Part shown: positions 1-9,791 of the stretch, one piece after another
How the letters are laid out: the number at the start of each line of letters is the position of its first letter
Position numbering within the stretch: position 1 is the stretch's first letter
NCBI GenBank assembly: GCA_964188305.1
Contig: OZ076888.1
Origin: Podarcis bocagei
Taxonomy: Eukaryota
Direction: 5' to 3' (one strand)
Length of the DNA stretch: 64,000 nt
Translations under genes and position numbers: made by a program
Notes under the pieces: generated by a model
Told to the model about the DNA's origin: nothing
The model's database searches: none
What the model saw: the letters and a program-made list of their open reading frames with translations, nothing else

Positions 1-827
1 CCTCTCTTCCTTCTTCTAAAACCAACATGTCAAAAATAGTGGTGATAATACTGGTGTGATGCAATTGTTGGTCATGACACATTCGTTCAAAGGCCAATTT
101 TCTGTAACTAGAGATATGAATGGGGGGATGCTTTTCTCCCCTTCCCCAGTTTTCCCTGGGGTTTTCCAGCCTTCTACATCTCTATCTATGATCCATCAGG
201 TCAAAGACCAATTTCCTATACAGTCCTGCTTATTCTGGTATCCCAAAAAGCTATATCTCTAGCAGAAGACACTAACAGAGTACACCCCATATAGTTAAAG
301 CACATGACAGTGGGATATATCAGCCTCTTTGGGAGGGAGGATTACCATAGTCTTTATTCACCCTCTTCGACCATGTGATTTCAATCAGAAAGGACATCTG
401 AGTTGGATGCTCCAAACTTTGACCACATGGCTTTACCAAGCCATCTTCGTGTTTCTAGACAAATGATTTAGAAACTTTTACCTTCTTGAAACTATGTTAA
501 ACTGCCTGTCTTTTCTTGCTGCTGTATGGAAAAGCACATGAATCTGACCTTTGAAGAGTTTGTAAGCAAACCATTTTAACTTATCAAACATGTGGTCTCT
601 TTTTTCTAAGCTAAGGGAAGTAAGGGAAGAAACTTAAAAGGGGATAATTTAAAGGTCTAACAAGCTATATCTCTACTCTTAACTTGTCTGCATGTTTTGT
701 GACTCTAAATCTTTGCTGGGGCTCTCCCCAAGAGAGTATTTGTCTCAAACCCATATCTAGGCATCTAGGGAACTCTTTTACTCTTTTAAACCAATTACAA
801 ACAAACCATTAAATACCAACAATGACA

Positions 828-935
828 TCTCCCAGAGATTCCTGTAAATTGTAGTTTGTAAAGGATTCTGGGAAATGTAGTTCTGTTGTGGGTAAACTAT
901 AGTTCCCAAAATTCTTTTTTTGGGAAGCCATTTCC
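828..935. mobile_element. Short palindromic squamate MITE-like repeat (ccca.agattcctg..tgtag family)
   Basis: Same motif family recurs at ~8830-9003, ~45150-45295 and ~62300-62460; internal inverted symmetry. Boundaries approximate. Confidence 0.5.
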
Positions 936-1584
936 CCATCTCACTGGGCCAGTCTTATCTGTGCTGTGTTTGTGGCTTGATTTTTTTGCACATACATTTC
1001 TATCAAGAGCTCTAGTGACCCAAGAAGTGTGTCATTTTCTCTTATTTGTTACAGACCCCGCCATCTCCTTGGGAAAGAGTGGCTGTCAGTTTTCATTGTG
1101 TTCAGGCCAGTGACACTCAGATGAAATGCTTGCTGCTGTTTTTGTTTATCACAACAGAGAAACTCCCAGGGGAAAATAAACTGCAATGTCCCTCTCCTCA
1201 TAGCATCACACTACTCTGCTTTAACCCCAAAGGGACACTCAGAGTATATTGCCCTTCTACTACTCTTTACATTTGATGGAGGTATATATAGAAATACCTT
1301 GGCAAATTCTACCCTAATTCAGGTGTTTTTTTTTTAAAAAATCTAATTCATTGTTATTACCAACCCAGAACACTTAAAAAATGTAGGAACAGTTATCGCA
1401 CTGGCATACCGCCACCAGCTGTTGCCCAAAATGACTCATGTCTCTAGTGTATGTTGATTAAAGTTCACTTCCTAGTCAAAAATGACCACATTTGAATACT
1501 GGCTGTCAAATATTATTCGTGACAATAACACACAAATTTAAAAGCTTATTATTTAAGTTCTCCTGCCCTGCTAGGGAAAGTTAA

Positions 1585-1735
1585 GATGAGATGGCATCCA
1601 TCCATCTCAAGAGACAACAGAGAAGTGTGCCCTTGGGGGTAATGTCAAACGGTTGGAGAGTTACAGCGCCTGCTGTGGCTGTAGAAAGCGATGCAGGAGA
1701 GACATGTTTTGTTGCAGCAGATGAAGGCATCTAGT
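1585..1735 (-). mobile_element. RTE-clade LINE 3' fragment
   Basis: Reverse-complement similarity to the copy at 24865-25045, which encodes a C-terminal zinc-finger-like FICPSCNKTCLSHIDLYSHSR. Confidence 0.55.
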
Positions 1736-1833
1736 TGTGCTGCTGCAGATGCATTTTTTCTCTCTGTGCTCCTCCCAGCTTTATAATCAATTTCAGATGT
1801 AGAACTGCCTTGGGAAAAGTGCAGATTCCAATA

Positions 1834-2059
1834 CAGTGGTACCTCAGGTTACATATGCTTCAGGTTACAGACTCCGCTAACCCAGAAATAGTACCTCAGG
1901 TTAAGAACTTTGCTTCAGGATGAGAAAAGAAATCGGGCTCCGGCAGTGTGGCAGCAGAAGGAGGCCCCATTAGCTAAAGTGGTGCTTCAGGTTAAGAACA
2001 GTTTCAGGTTAAGAACAGACCTCCGGAACGAATTAAGTACTTAACCCGAGGTACCACTG
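1834..2059. mobile_element. Tc1/mariner (Tigger-like) MITE
   Basis: TIR CAGTGGTACCTC...GAGGTACCACTG with TA on both sides (1832-33, 2060-61); closely similar copies at 28757-28998 and 41310-41534. Confidence 0.9.
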
Positions 2060-2224
2060 TATGGTGGCCATGCAAGAACGGCAGCCCTTATTGTTTTACT
2101 ATTCATATTTAGACTTTCAATATCATTTTAAGAAGAGGTATGACATATCTTATTTTTAAAAGTTAAGGCACCTGTGAACATTAAACACACACATACACAA
2201 ATTAATATTTAAATTTTAAATAGC

Positions 2225-2540
2225 CCGAAAATAAGAATATAAGGACCTACTGGATGAAGCCAATGCCCCATCTAGTCCAGCATCCCAGTCTCACAGTGGC
2301 CAACCAATGCCTGTGGAAGCCTGCAAACAGGACATAAATGCAAGAGCACTCTGCCCACCTGCAATGCCCAACTGGAATTCAGAGGCATACTACCTCTGGC
2401 AGTGGAATTAGAACATAGGCACAGTGGCTAGTAGCTGCTGAGAGCCTTATCGTCCTCAAATTTTTCCAGTCCTCTTTTAAAGCCAAGTTGGTGGCCATCA
2501 CTTCCTCCTGTTAGAACAAGTTCCATAGTTTTACTGCAAA
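2225..2540 (-). mobile_element. Old CR1-type LINE 3' end
   Basis: ataagaat..ctactggat..gcccatctagtccagcat..cacagtggccaacc 3'-UTR type; related copies at ~7050-7450 (+) and ~57765-57880 (-). Confidence 0.6.
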
Positions 2541-3786
2541 AATGCCTTGACTCCATACTGGAATCTGTGCACTTCCCAAAGGGGCACCACACCTGAAATC
2601 AAACATATAACTGAAATCTACAGTCCTGCAAGAGCTGACCTTGTCACAATTTGCAGTAAAACAAATAACCACACGACAATAACAGCAAAACTAAAGAATT
2701 AAAACTTCAGGAGGTCCTATTAGAGATCTCCCACATCACATCTGTTTCCACCAAGAATAAAGGCTTTCTAAACAAGCAGAGGATAGAAGAATCCAGTTCT
2801 TGACACTTAACTCCAGTGCTCAGCAATCTTGTGCCCCAGCACTTGTGCTGTTTATATTATTCTCAGGGCAACTGGCTGTTTTGCCAAAACATTTCAAACA
2901 GAGCTTCAAAACTCTCTGTGTTATTTACTTTGGGTTTGAAATGGGGAAATCAAAGCTCGGGGCGCTAGGAGATTAAGATCTTCCATTAAAAACTTGCTGA
3001 AGCAATCTATATCTTGGAAACACTAGGGCACAAAGTGCCAGCAAATTCTGAAGTCTGATCAGTCTGCAGAATGATTTTCAGAGTCATTGGAGAAGACAGC
3101 TCTCTGCATGCTCTGATGATTTAGGCCACAACTAAGCAGCCTTGCGCTCCGCTACATACCTTCATGTGTATGAACATGACAAATGATCTGAGTTATGAGA
3201 ACGCTGCCACTTCCTGGAATCCTCCCACTTTTAATACCAATGCATAAAACGCAGGGACAGCAGAGCTTTTTGTGATATAATCCCAAAGCTGCTTAGGGGG
3301 CAAGATAAAATCAAATTGTCCCTGTGCATGTTCATTTTTATGCACAATAACATCTGGCATGCTGATGCCACAGCATATTAAGGTGACCTTGAGCATTAAA
3401 AGGCATAATAATCTTTTTTTAAAATGGAAAAAAGATGCCTTGCTGATGGACAGTTTACTGTTCCTAAATAACCTTATGAAAGTAGGGTGGAGGCAGACCT
3501 TGATCTCCTCTCCTTGGATGCTGTAATGACTCACTGTAATATTTCTCCCCAAAGACCTTGCCTATGCACGACCGGGGACTTTCCATGCAATGCCAAAACC
3601 TATTTCTCTCATATAATATCATTGCAGTCATCATACTATATGTCACTGGAGGACTCAAACCTTGGCCCCCGGCAGCAGGCCCCACCTTGCACCACCAGTG
3701 CAGCTTGCATACAGAGAGAACTACTTGCCTGAACTCTGTGACACTAGAGAACCATCACTGTAGCAGACCAGAGAGTGTAGTGCACT

Positions 3787-3924
3787 AGAAATGGGGAACC
3801 TGCAGCCCTTCAAAAGCTGTTGAACATGAACTCCCAGCAGCTTCAGTCAGCATGGCCAACAGTCAGCGATGAGAGAAGTTGTAGTCCAGCAAAATCTGGA
3901 AGGCCACAGGTTCCTCATTCCTGC
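3787..3924. mobile_element. Palindromic non-autonomous DNA element (ggggaacctg...caggttcc family)
   Basis: Inverted ends with internal actcccagcag/gagttgtagtcc symmetry; other copies at ~4168-4660, 4765-4886, 20721-21085, 30305-30431, 57590-57725. Confidence 0.6.
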
Positions 3925-4229
3925 ATTAAAACTTTGCTAGGCTAAGATGGGGGAGGGGATAAGATGCACATATTCTAATCCCAATTTGTCTCCTCATAGG
4001 GAGCTGCATGCAACTAAATCCTACACAGAGTAGACCCAGTGAAATCCATGAACCTAAGTTAGCCATGTCCATTAGCCTCAGTAGATCTACTCTGAGGGGG
4101 ACTAGCTTTGAATACCACTGAAAGGTCCTTTAAGCTGAAAAGAAGTCTACCCCTTCATAATTTAAAGCAGAGGTACCTAGCATGCCCTCCAGGTGTTGAA
4201 CTGCAGCTCTCATCATCTCTAACCTTGTT

Positions 4230-4606
4230 CATAGAATCATAGAATCATAGAGTTGGAAGAGACCACAAGGGCCATCGAGTCCAACCCCCTGCCAAGCAGG
4301 AAACACCATCAGAGGACTCCTGACATATGGTTGTCAAGCCTCTGCTTAAAGACCTCCAAAGTAGGAGACTCCACCACACTCCTTGGCAGCAAATTCCACT
4401 GTCGAACAGCTCTTACTGTCAGGAAGTTCTTCCTAATGTTTAGGTGGAATCTTCTTTCTTGTAGTTTGGATCCATTGCTCCGTGTCCGCTTCTCTGGAGC
4501 AGCAGAAAACAACCTTTCTCCCTCCTCTATGTGACATCCTTTTATATATTTGAACATGGCTATCATATCACCCCTTAACCTCCTCTTCTCCAGGCTAAAC
4601 ATGTTC
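4230..4606 (-). mobile_element. CR1 LINE, 5'-truncated 3' end (young), nested in a MITE
   Basis: Encodes CR1 ORF2 C-terminus FSLEKRRLRGDMIAMFKYIKG..RKNFLTVRAVRQWNLLPRSVVESPTLEVFKQRLDNH; (ATTCTATG)n tail, seen as catagaat repeats at ~4230-4250. Confidence 0.92.
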
Positions 4607-5379
4607 ATGCTGGCTGAGGCTGACGTTGGGAGTTCAGCTTCAGGAGGGTAACAGATTGGTTGTTCTTGTTCTTGGAGGGGGACGATTCTCAGAGAACACA
4701 CATTCTATGATGTGATTTCTCCAACTCCAATATCCTCCACCCATAGGTTCATTGAAACCAAAGGTAGAAATCTATGACCCACCAGATGTTGTTAGACTCT
4801 AATTTCATCAGTCCCAAGCAGCATATCAATTGTTAGGGATGATGAGAGTTCAGAAACATCTGGAGGGCAACAGGTTCCATACCCTGCTTTAAGCTGCAAG
4901 AAGGGCATATGTCAATCTTGTTCAGTATTGTGTACACTGACTGGCAACAGTTTTCCAAGGTTTCAGACAGGACTCTTTCCCAGCTCAGACTGGAAATGCC
5001 ACAAATTGATCCTGGGACCCTCAAAACATCAGTTCTGCCAATGAACTGCAGCCATTCCCTAAAGAAGGGAAGCAAAAAACCCCTCCACTGACCATGGTGG
5101 TGGAGCGGGGAATTGGCCTCTGAAAACATGTTTCCCCTGAAGCCATCTCCCATCACCCATGAAATTTGTACACAGGTCTTTAGTTGTTAACTATTCTATT
5201 CTTGACATAAGTGCCTCAGGATGTAGAGAGAAGGGGAAAGGGCATCTCCAAGGCCTTTTCTACCTTCTTACTGATTTGTCAGCAAAGAAGTACATATGTA
5301 TTAATGCTTCTGTTAGGCTGCCATGTATGAAATGCTGTATTGTAAACCAAATACCTTTTAAAATTCATACTGCATCTGA

Positions 5380-6930
5380 AGGTGTAGAAAGGCCAAATGG
5401 TATTATTATGACCTACAGTGTCCTAGCCACTGAGCCAAGACAACAGCATGTACTATGTTCTCAACCAGTCTGCTAATAACAGTGAAATATAGCTGACCAT
5501 ACCATATACTCCTTCATCTATATTCAGAAGAAGAGGTAGCAGGGGAATCTATCCTGCATTATTGCCAGATGGGTATTGGAACCACATTTAAGACAAGTAT
5601 GAAAAACACCTCGCAAAATTGCATGTTTAAGTTTAAGTTTAAGAGGACACATGATTGGAAGTCACTGACAAAGACCACTTCCAGGCTGTCATTATTTTAT
5701 AGGTGAGATTCAATCCTCTACTGGCAAATTTGAAGGGTGGGCAATTAAAGACGAGTTCATGCTCTTGCGCAACAAACTTTATTTCATGGGAAACTTTGGG
5801 ATAACAATCACTTGAGGCAATGTCATATAACCTCCACATAAAAAAAATCAAAATGAATGGTTACCAAAGAGTAGCTGTCACATACCCTTCATGCAAACTT
5901 CCTGGGGCTTCAGTGGTTTACAAGGTGTTTCTTAAAAGAAGCATTAGATTATCATTATGATTCAGTCTGAACCAAACACAGACAGAATTTAAACATGACC
6001 AATAATACCCTCTTATTTTCCTGTAAAAATCAGTAAGATTCTTCAGATCAGCAAATTTTGAATCTGCCATAGCTCGGAAGTATAACCCCTATCAGTACAC
6101 AAGTAAACACTATGCAGTTGCAAACTGTATTGCAGAACCTTGCTTTGCAAGATCTAAATGGCAATATCTTCCATATCAGAACCTTGTGCAACCTTCACAA
6201 TTCCAGGGTTGGCGAATGAGGCATTGGGTCCTTATGCCATTAGCACTAATTGTGTTAATGTAGAGAAGAATGTACCATTGTACATAGAGAAGAAGCTGCC
6301 AGATGCTGCAACCCAAACATATTTGTTTAACCTCTCTGGTTTCATAACAGACCTCCACATCTGTATGTGTATATAATAATATAGTTTCTATAGTCAGAAA
6401 TCTCTTAAGCAGTGACACCTTTGATCACTAGCTAGGTGGTTTTCATTTTTCTCCAAGCCAAGTATGCAGGTCTCTCTCCTTCCTCTTTAGCAAGCAATTT
6501 ACTTTTGAGATGACAGTACTGACAGAATGGACTCCCAGGAGCCCATTCCCATCCATGAGTGATATATTATCAAGAAGCTCCATAAGCATTTTTGTACATA
6601 AAACATCCATGTCTGTAACAGTTCCTAAATAAAATACACTTATTTCTCCCCTATGTTAGTCCCCTATGACCAAAGTCTGCCCTTTTCTTTTTATCTTGCT
6701 GCAGTGTTTAAGAATAGGTATGAGTTAGTTGGCCTGAGATGAACAATTCATATGCTCCAATTCTTTCTTTATTGCCCGGCATAATTCCCTTCATATGGTC
6801 CCTATCCCTGGTAAGATGTTGCCTTTGTCTTTGGGAAATATTTTGGGGTTACCCCCAGATATGAAATGCGGCTGAATATGTTTGTAATGCAGCTCTTCTG
6901 TAATAAGTGAGACCAGGACCACCTTAAAGA
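5380..6930 (-). pseudogene. Endogenous bornavirus-like glycoprotein (G) remnant
   Basis: ~6780-6820 LPGIGTI*RELC ~ TPGLIDLEIRRLC. ~6575-6623 NCYRHGCFMYKNAYGA has the same C-x4-C-x2-Y-x4-G spacing as BoDV G CLKYHCKTYWGFFGS. An NGT sequon at ~6275. ~5991-6010 GYYWSC ~ GVVWQC. ~5900-5918 TTEAPG ~ NTPEARPG. ~5425-5470 DWLRT*YMLLSWLSG ~ GWLRDLLAWAAWLGG. Blocks are in the expected order, with stops and frameshifts. Confidence 0.55.
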
Positions 6931-7049
6931 TTAAAAAACAAACCTCTTATGGACATAGGATAAAAGCTCAACCAAAATGGAGCAACTTGCCTGCAACACA
7001 TGGAGCTTTCCAGTTTAGGAAAAAATGTGAATAAGGGAGGCAAAATAGA

Positions 7050-7450
7050 TGCACATAAAATTATGCAAGGTATGGCAAAAGTGGAAAGGGAGAAGTTTCT
7101 TCTCCTCTCTCATAATACTGGAGTCATCCAATGAGGCTGACTTGGGAACATTCAGGACATTAACACAACACATAGTTCAACTATGGAATTTGCTACCACA
7201 ATAGGTAGTAATGGCTGCCAGCTTGGGTGGCTGTAAAATGGGTTTATTCATGGAGGAGATCAGTGGCTAGCAGTTATGATTACCTTCGTGATGAGAGGCC
7301 CTATGTCTTCTGAATACTAGTTGCTGGGAAGCACAAACAGGTGTGTGCTACTGCACTCATTTCCTGCTGTGGGCTTCCCATAGGCATCTAGTTGACCACT
7401 GTGGGCCAGAATTTTGGACTAGAGAGGCCTTTATTCTAATCCAGCAGGGT
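7050..7450 (+). mobile_element. Old CR1-type LINE 3' fragment
   Basis: Degenerate ..tttcttctcctctctcataatactgg..catccaatgaggctga..ctatggaatttgctaccaca.. followed by the same 3'-UTR type as 2225-2540 in opposite orientation. Confidence 0.6.
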
Positions 7451-8165
7451 TAAGGACTGTGCTTCCCAGCCTTAGAATCAATGGAAGGAACAGGCTACAA
7501 CTACTACAGGACTGGATTCTTCCAATGCCTCATGCCCTAGAGTGATGGAAATTTATTGGCAAAAGTGAGAAGAACAACGGAAAGACCTGTTGAAGTAGAA
7601 CGCCTTGCATTCCTTTGTATTATGCTAAAAGAGGGAAATAGTTGAACCCTCTGATTCCAACTCTGAAATGCTGGATAACCAAAGAAAATCAATATGAACG
7701 TTGACAAATTATTCTTTGTGCCAGTGTTGTACTCATTGGGGAATTCTGCTGTATAAGCACAAAAAGAGCAGTTTAAAGGTATTTTAATGTACTTTTTAAA
7801 TGAAGTTGTCAAAGACTGCATTTGTGCTCTTGTGTTTGATGAATATATAGATTGGTTTTTGCAAAAAGCAGTAAATAAAAATGCAACCTACTGACTTTCA
7901 CACAACAAAACACCATTAACTGTGCAGTGGGTGATTGTTGGAACAACTGTGTAAACTAAATGTGCCATGTACAATTAAAGTGCACCCCAAATCACTGTTT
8001 GCTTGCTGTTACAGCTTTTTTTAACTGATTCTGAAGATGATATAGTGAGCATCCCAAAGGACTCATAAATTAATTAAAAGAGCTGTTTTCATTTACACAC
8101 ACAAATACACTCCTCCCCATCTCTCTATTTTCACACAATGCAGCTGGCCAACCCACACTGTACAC

Positions 8166-8167
<2 letters not shown>

Positions 8168-8208
<41 letters not shown>

Positions 8209-8575
8209 TTTATTTATATCCCGCCCTCCCCAGCCGAAGCCGGGCTCAGGGCGGCTAACAACAATAAAACAGTACAAAAGTACAACATAAACAACATTCT
8301 AAAATCATTCATTATAAAAATTAATTAATTCAAGCCACTGGCAACCATTGGGCCAGAGCTCTGCGAAGATTGCCGAGGGAGGGAGTCAGGCTGTGCCCTA
8401 GCCAAAGGCCTGGTGGAACAGCTCTGTCTTGCAGGCCCTGCGGAAAGATGTCAAGTCCCGCAAGGCCCTGGTCTCTTGTGACAGAGCGTTCCACCAGATC
8501 GGAGCCACAGCCGAAAAAGCCCTGGCTCTAGTTGAGGCCAGCCTAACCTCTCTGAGGCCTGGGACCTTCAAGATG
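8168..8575 (-). mobile_element. L2 LINE, 5'-truncated copy of the same family as 51183-54540
   Basis: Encodes LKVPGLREVRLASTRARAFSAVAP..WNALSQETRALRDLTSFRRACKTELF; same 3' terminus and (TTA)n tail as the long copy. Confidence 0.92.
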
Positions 8576-8579
8576 ATCA

Positions 8580-9791
8580 CAGATATATATGCCCTAAAGA
8601 TGTAAGAATACAAATTTGGAGGTAACAGACTGCCATCACTGTGCAACTTCTAGACTCGAAATGTCCTGCATCATTCAATACCCCTTTCTTCATGCTATGT
8701 GCATATATAAGAGAAGAGACCCTTTTGTCCCTATAAGAGTATTTGAAATGGGTCTTGCATTATAGTTGGAATTACTGCTAATCAAACATGTTCAACAAAG
8801 ATCAGAACAATCTGCACCATGCACGTAAAATACTGTTTACCATTTTAACTGCCATAGCTTTCCCCAAAGAATCCTGGGAACTGTAGTTTGTTAATGGTGC
8901 TGAAACACCCCTCAGAGAGCTATAATTTCCATCAACCATAACAACCCTACAATCCCCAAGATTCTTTGATGGAAATCATAATTGTTAAAGTGGTATAAGA
9001 GTGTCTCAACGAGTATCCTTAAATTGTTACATTTCAGGTGACCATCAGATGTAGTTCCTAAGAACAACAGGGACAGAAAGTATGGCATTAAAGAAATATT
9101 TCTGAATGTAAGGGTGTTGCTGCTTGACAAGAGACATCCTGCCCTTGCTGTGCTGATCCTTACCAACCAACATATACCAGCAAGGGATAAGAATAACGAT
9201 TGTCCCCAATCTCCATCTGGACATGTAGCCTTGTCCAGAATTTGTTTATCACCTGCAAATTACAAACTGGAATCATACACTTACTTTTCAGGTTCATACT
9301 TTTGGATTACCAAAGACAAGGTATTAATTTTGAATTCTCTACAAGCTTGTGAAATGATTGAAAACTCAGTATTTCAGTGATATCTCATTTCAATAGCGCC
9401 ATGGTAGTTTTTAAAAATCCCAATACAAAATAAAAATAAAAATGCTGCCTAATGCCCAATTATGCTAGGATGATTCTTTTAATCCAATAAGGACTGTCGG
9501 CATTAAAGCAGCTGTTAACAGCAATCATGTTTAGAATCCTAGGTCTGAAAATGCCAAGTCTGCTGATCCAAGGCAGCATCCAAATTGCACTACTAAACAA
9601 TAAGACTGCGGTGCAGGGGGATCGTACCCCAAGGTACTTGCAGAGCGAAATGCTCTAGCTGACTCAAGCCAACAATTTCTTCTTGACGGCACAGTAAATT
9701 GATCCGTCCATGGCAAGCTCAGAAATGTGTAGTAGGTCAAATGCTAATGAGAATCGGCAAGATCAAATTCTAGTCCTGGGCAAGCTACCAT
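8580..9791 (-). pseudogene. Endogenous bornavirus-like nucleoprotein (EBLN-type) remnant, interrupted by a MITE (~8830-9003)
   Basis: ~9535-9610 PQSYCLVVQFGCCLGSADLAFSDLGF ~ [22 protein letters not shown]. 9176-9220 PDGDWGQSLFLSLAG ~ NGQPWVGSFVLSLLT. 9059-9110 YIQKYFFNAILSVPVVL ~ IKEYLAECMDATLTIPVVA. ~8700-8780 SNSNYNARPISNTL ~ NPTMAGYRASTIQPG. Collinear and degenerate. Confidence 0.6.

Larger units (their letters stand above)
1..3586 (-). pseudogene. Endogenous bornavirus-like L (RdRp) remnant, N-terminal part to about motif B; continues past the left window edge; interrupted by TEs
   Basis: Collinear degenerate blocks versus BoDV-1 L as recalled. 3586-3490 MESPRSCIG..SESLQHP/(frameshift)IQGEEIKVCL ~ ETPRPVAG..DQSLKNPLLGTEVSFCL. 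~3400-3420 KKDYYAF ~ CDYYLLF. ~1290-1318 IRVEFAKVFL ~ FRAEFIKGYV. ~545-648 IIPF*VSSLTSLSLEKRDHMFDKLKWFAYKLFKG ~ [31 protein letters not shown]. ~264-305 CFNYMGCTLL ~ YFFRTGCTLP. ~135-180 GWKT..TGEG ~ GTKTMGEG. Many stops and frameshifts. Confidence 0.65.
3563..5368 (-). pseudogene. Endogenous bornavirus-like matrix (M) remnant, split by ~1.3 kb of TE insertions (pieces ~5160-5368 and ~3563-3785)
   Basis: ATG at 5368 gives MNFKRYLVY..KALEMPFPLLS, resembling BoDV M MNSKHSYVE..QFLNIPFLSV. ~3617-3563 gives YYMREIGFGIAWKVPGRA*, resembling C-terminal YRLRNIGVG. Lies between the G-like and L-like segments and overlaps the L-like start. Confidence 0.5.

Noticed and set aside
3193-3552. LMLKV..ILPPKQLWDYIT as bornavirus M
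   Set aside because: Superficially similar to M, but the adjacent ESLQHP/GEEIKVCL and DYY blocks fit the L N-terminus, and better M termini lie at 5368 and ~3600.
5540-5620. ..THLAIMQDRF resembling the bornavirus L IIQDRF motif
   Set aside because: Out of collinear order: it lies inside the G-like segment while the corresponding L region maps to ~200-300. Treated as chance.
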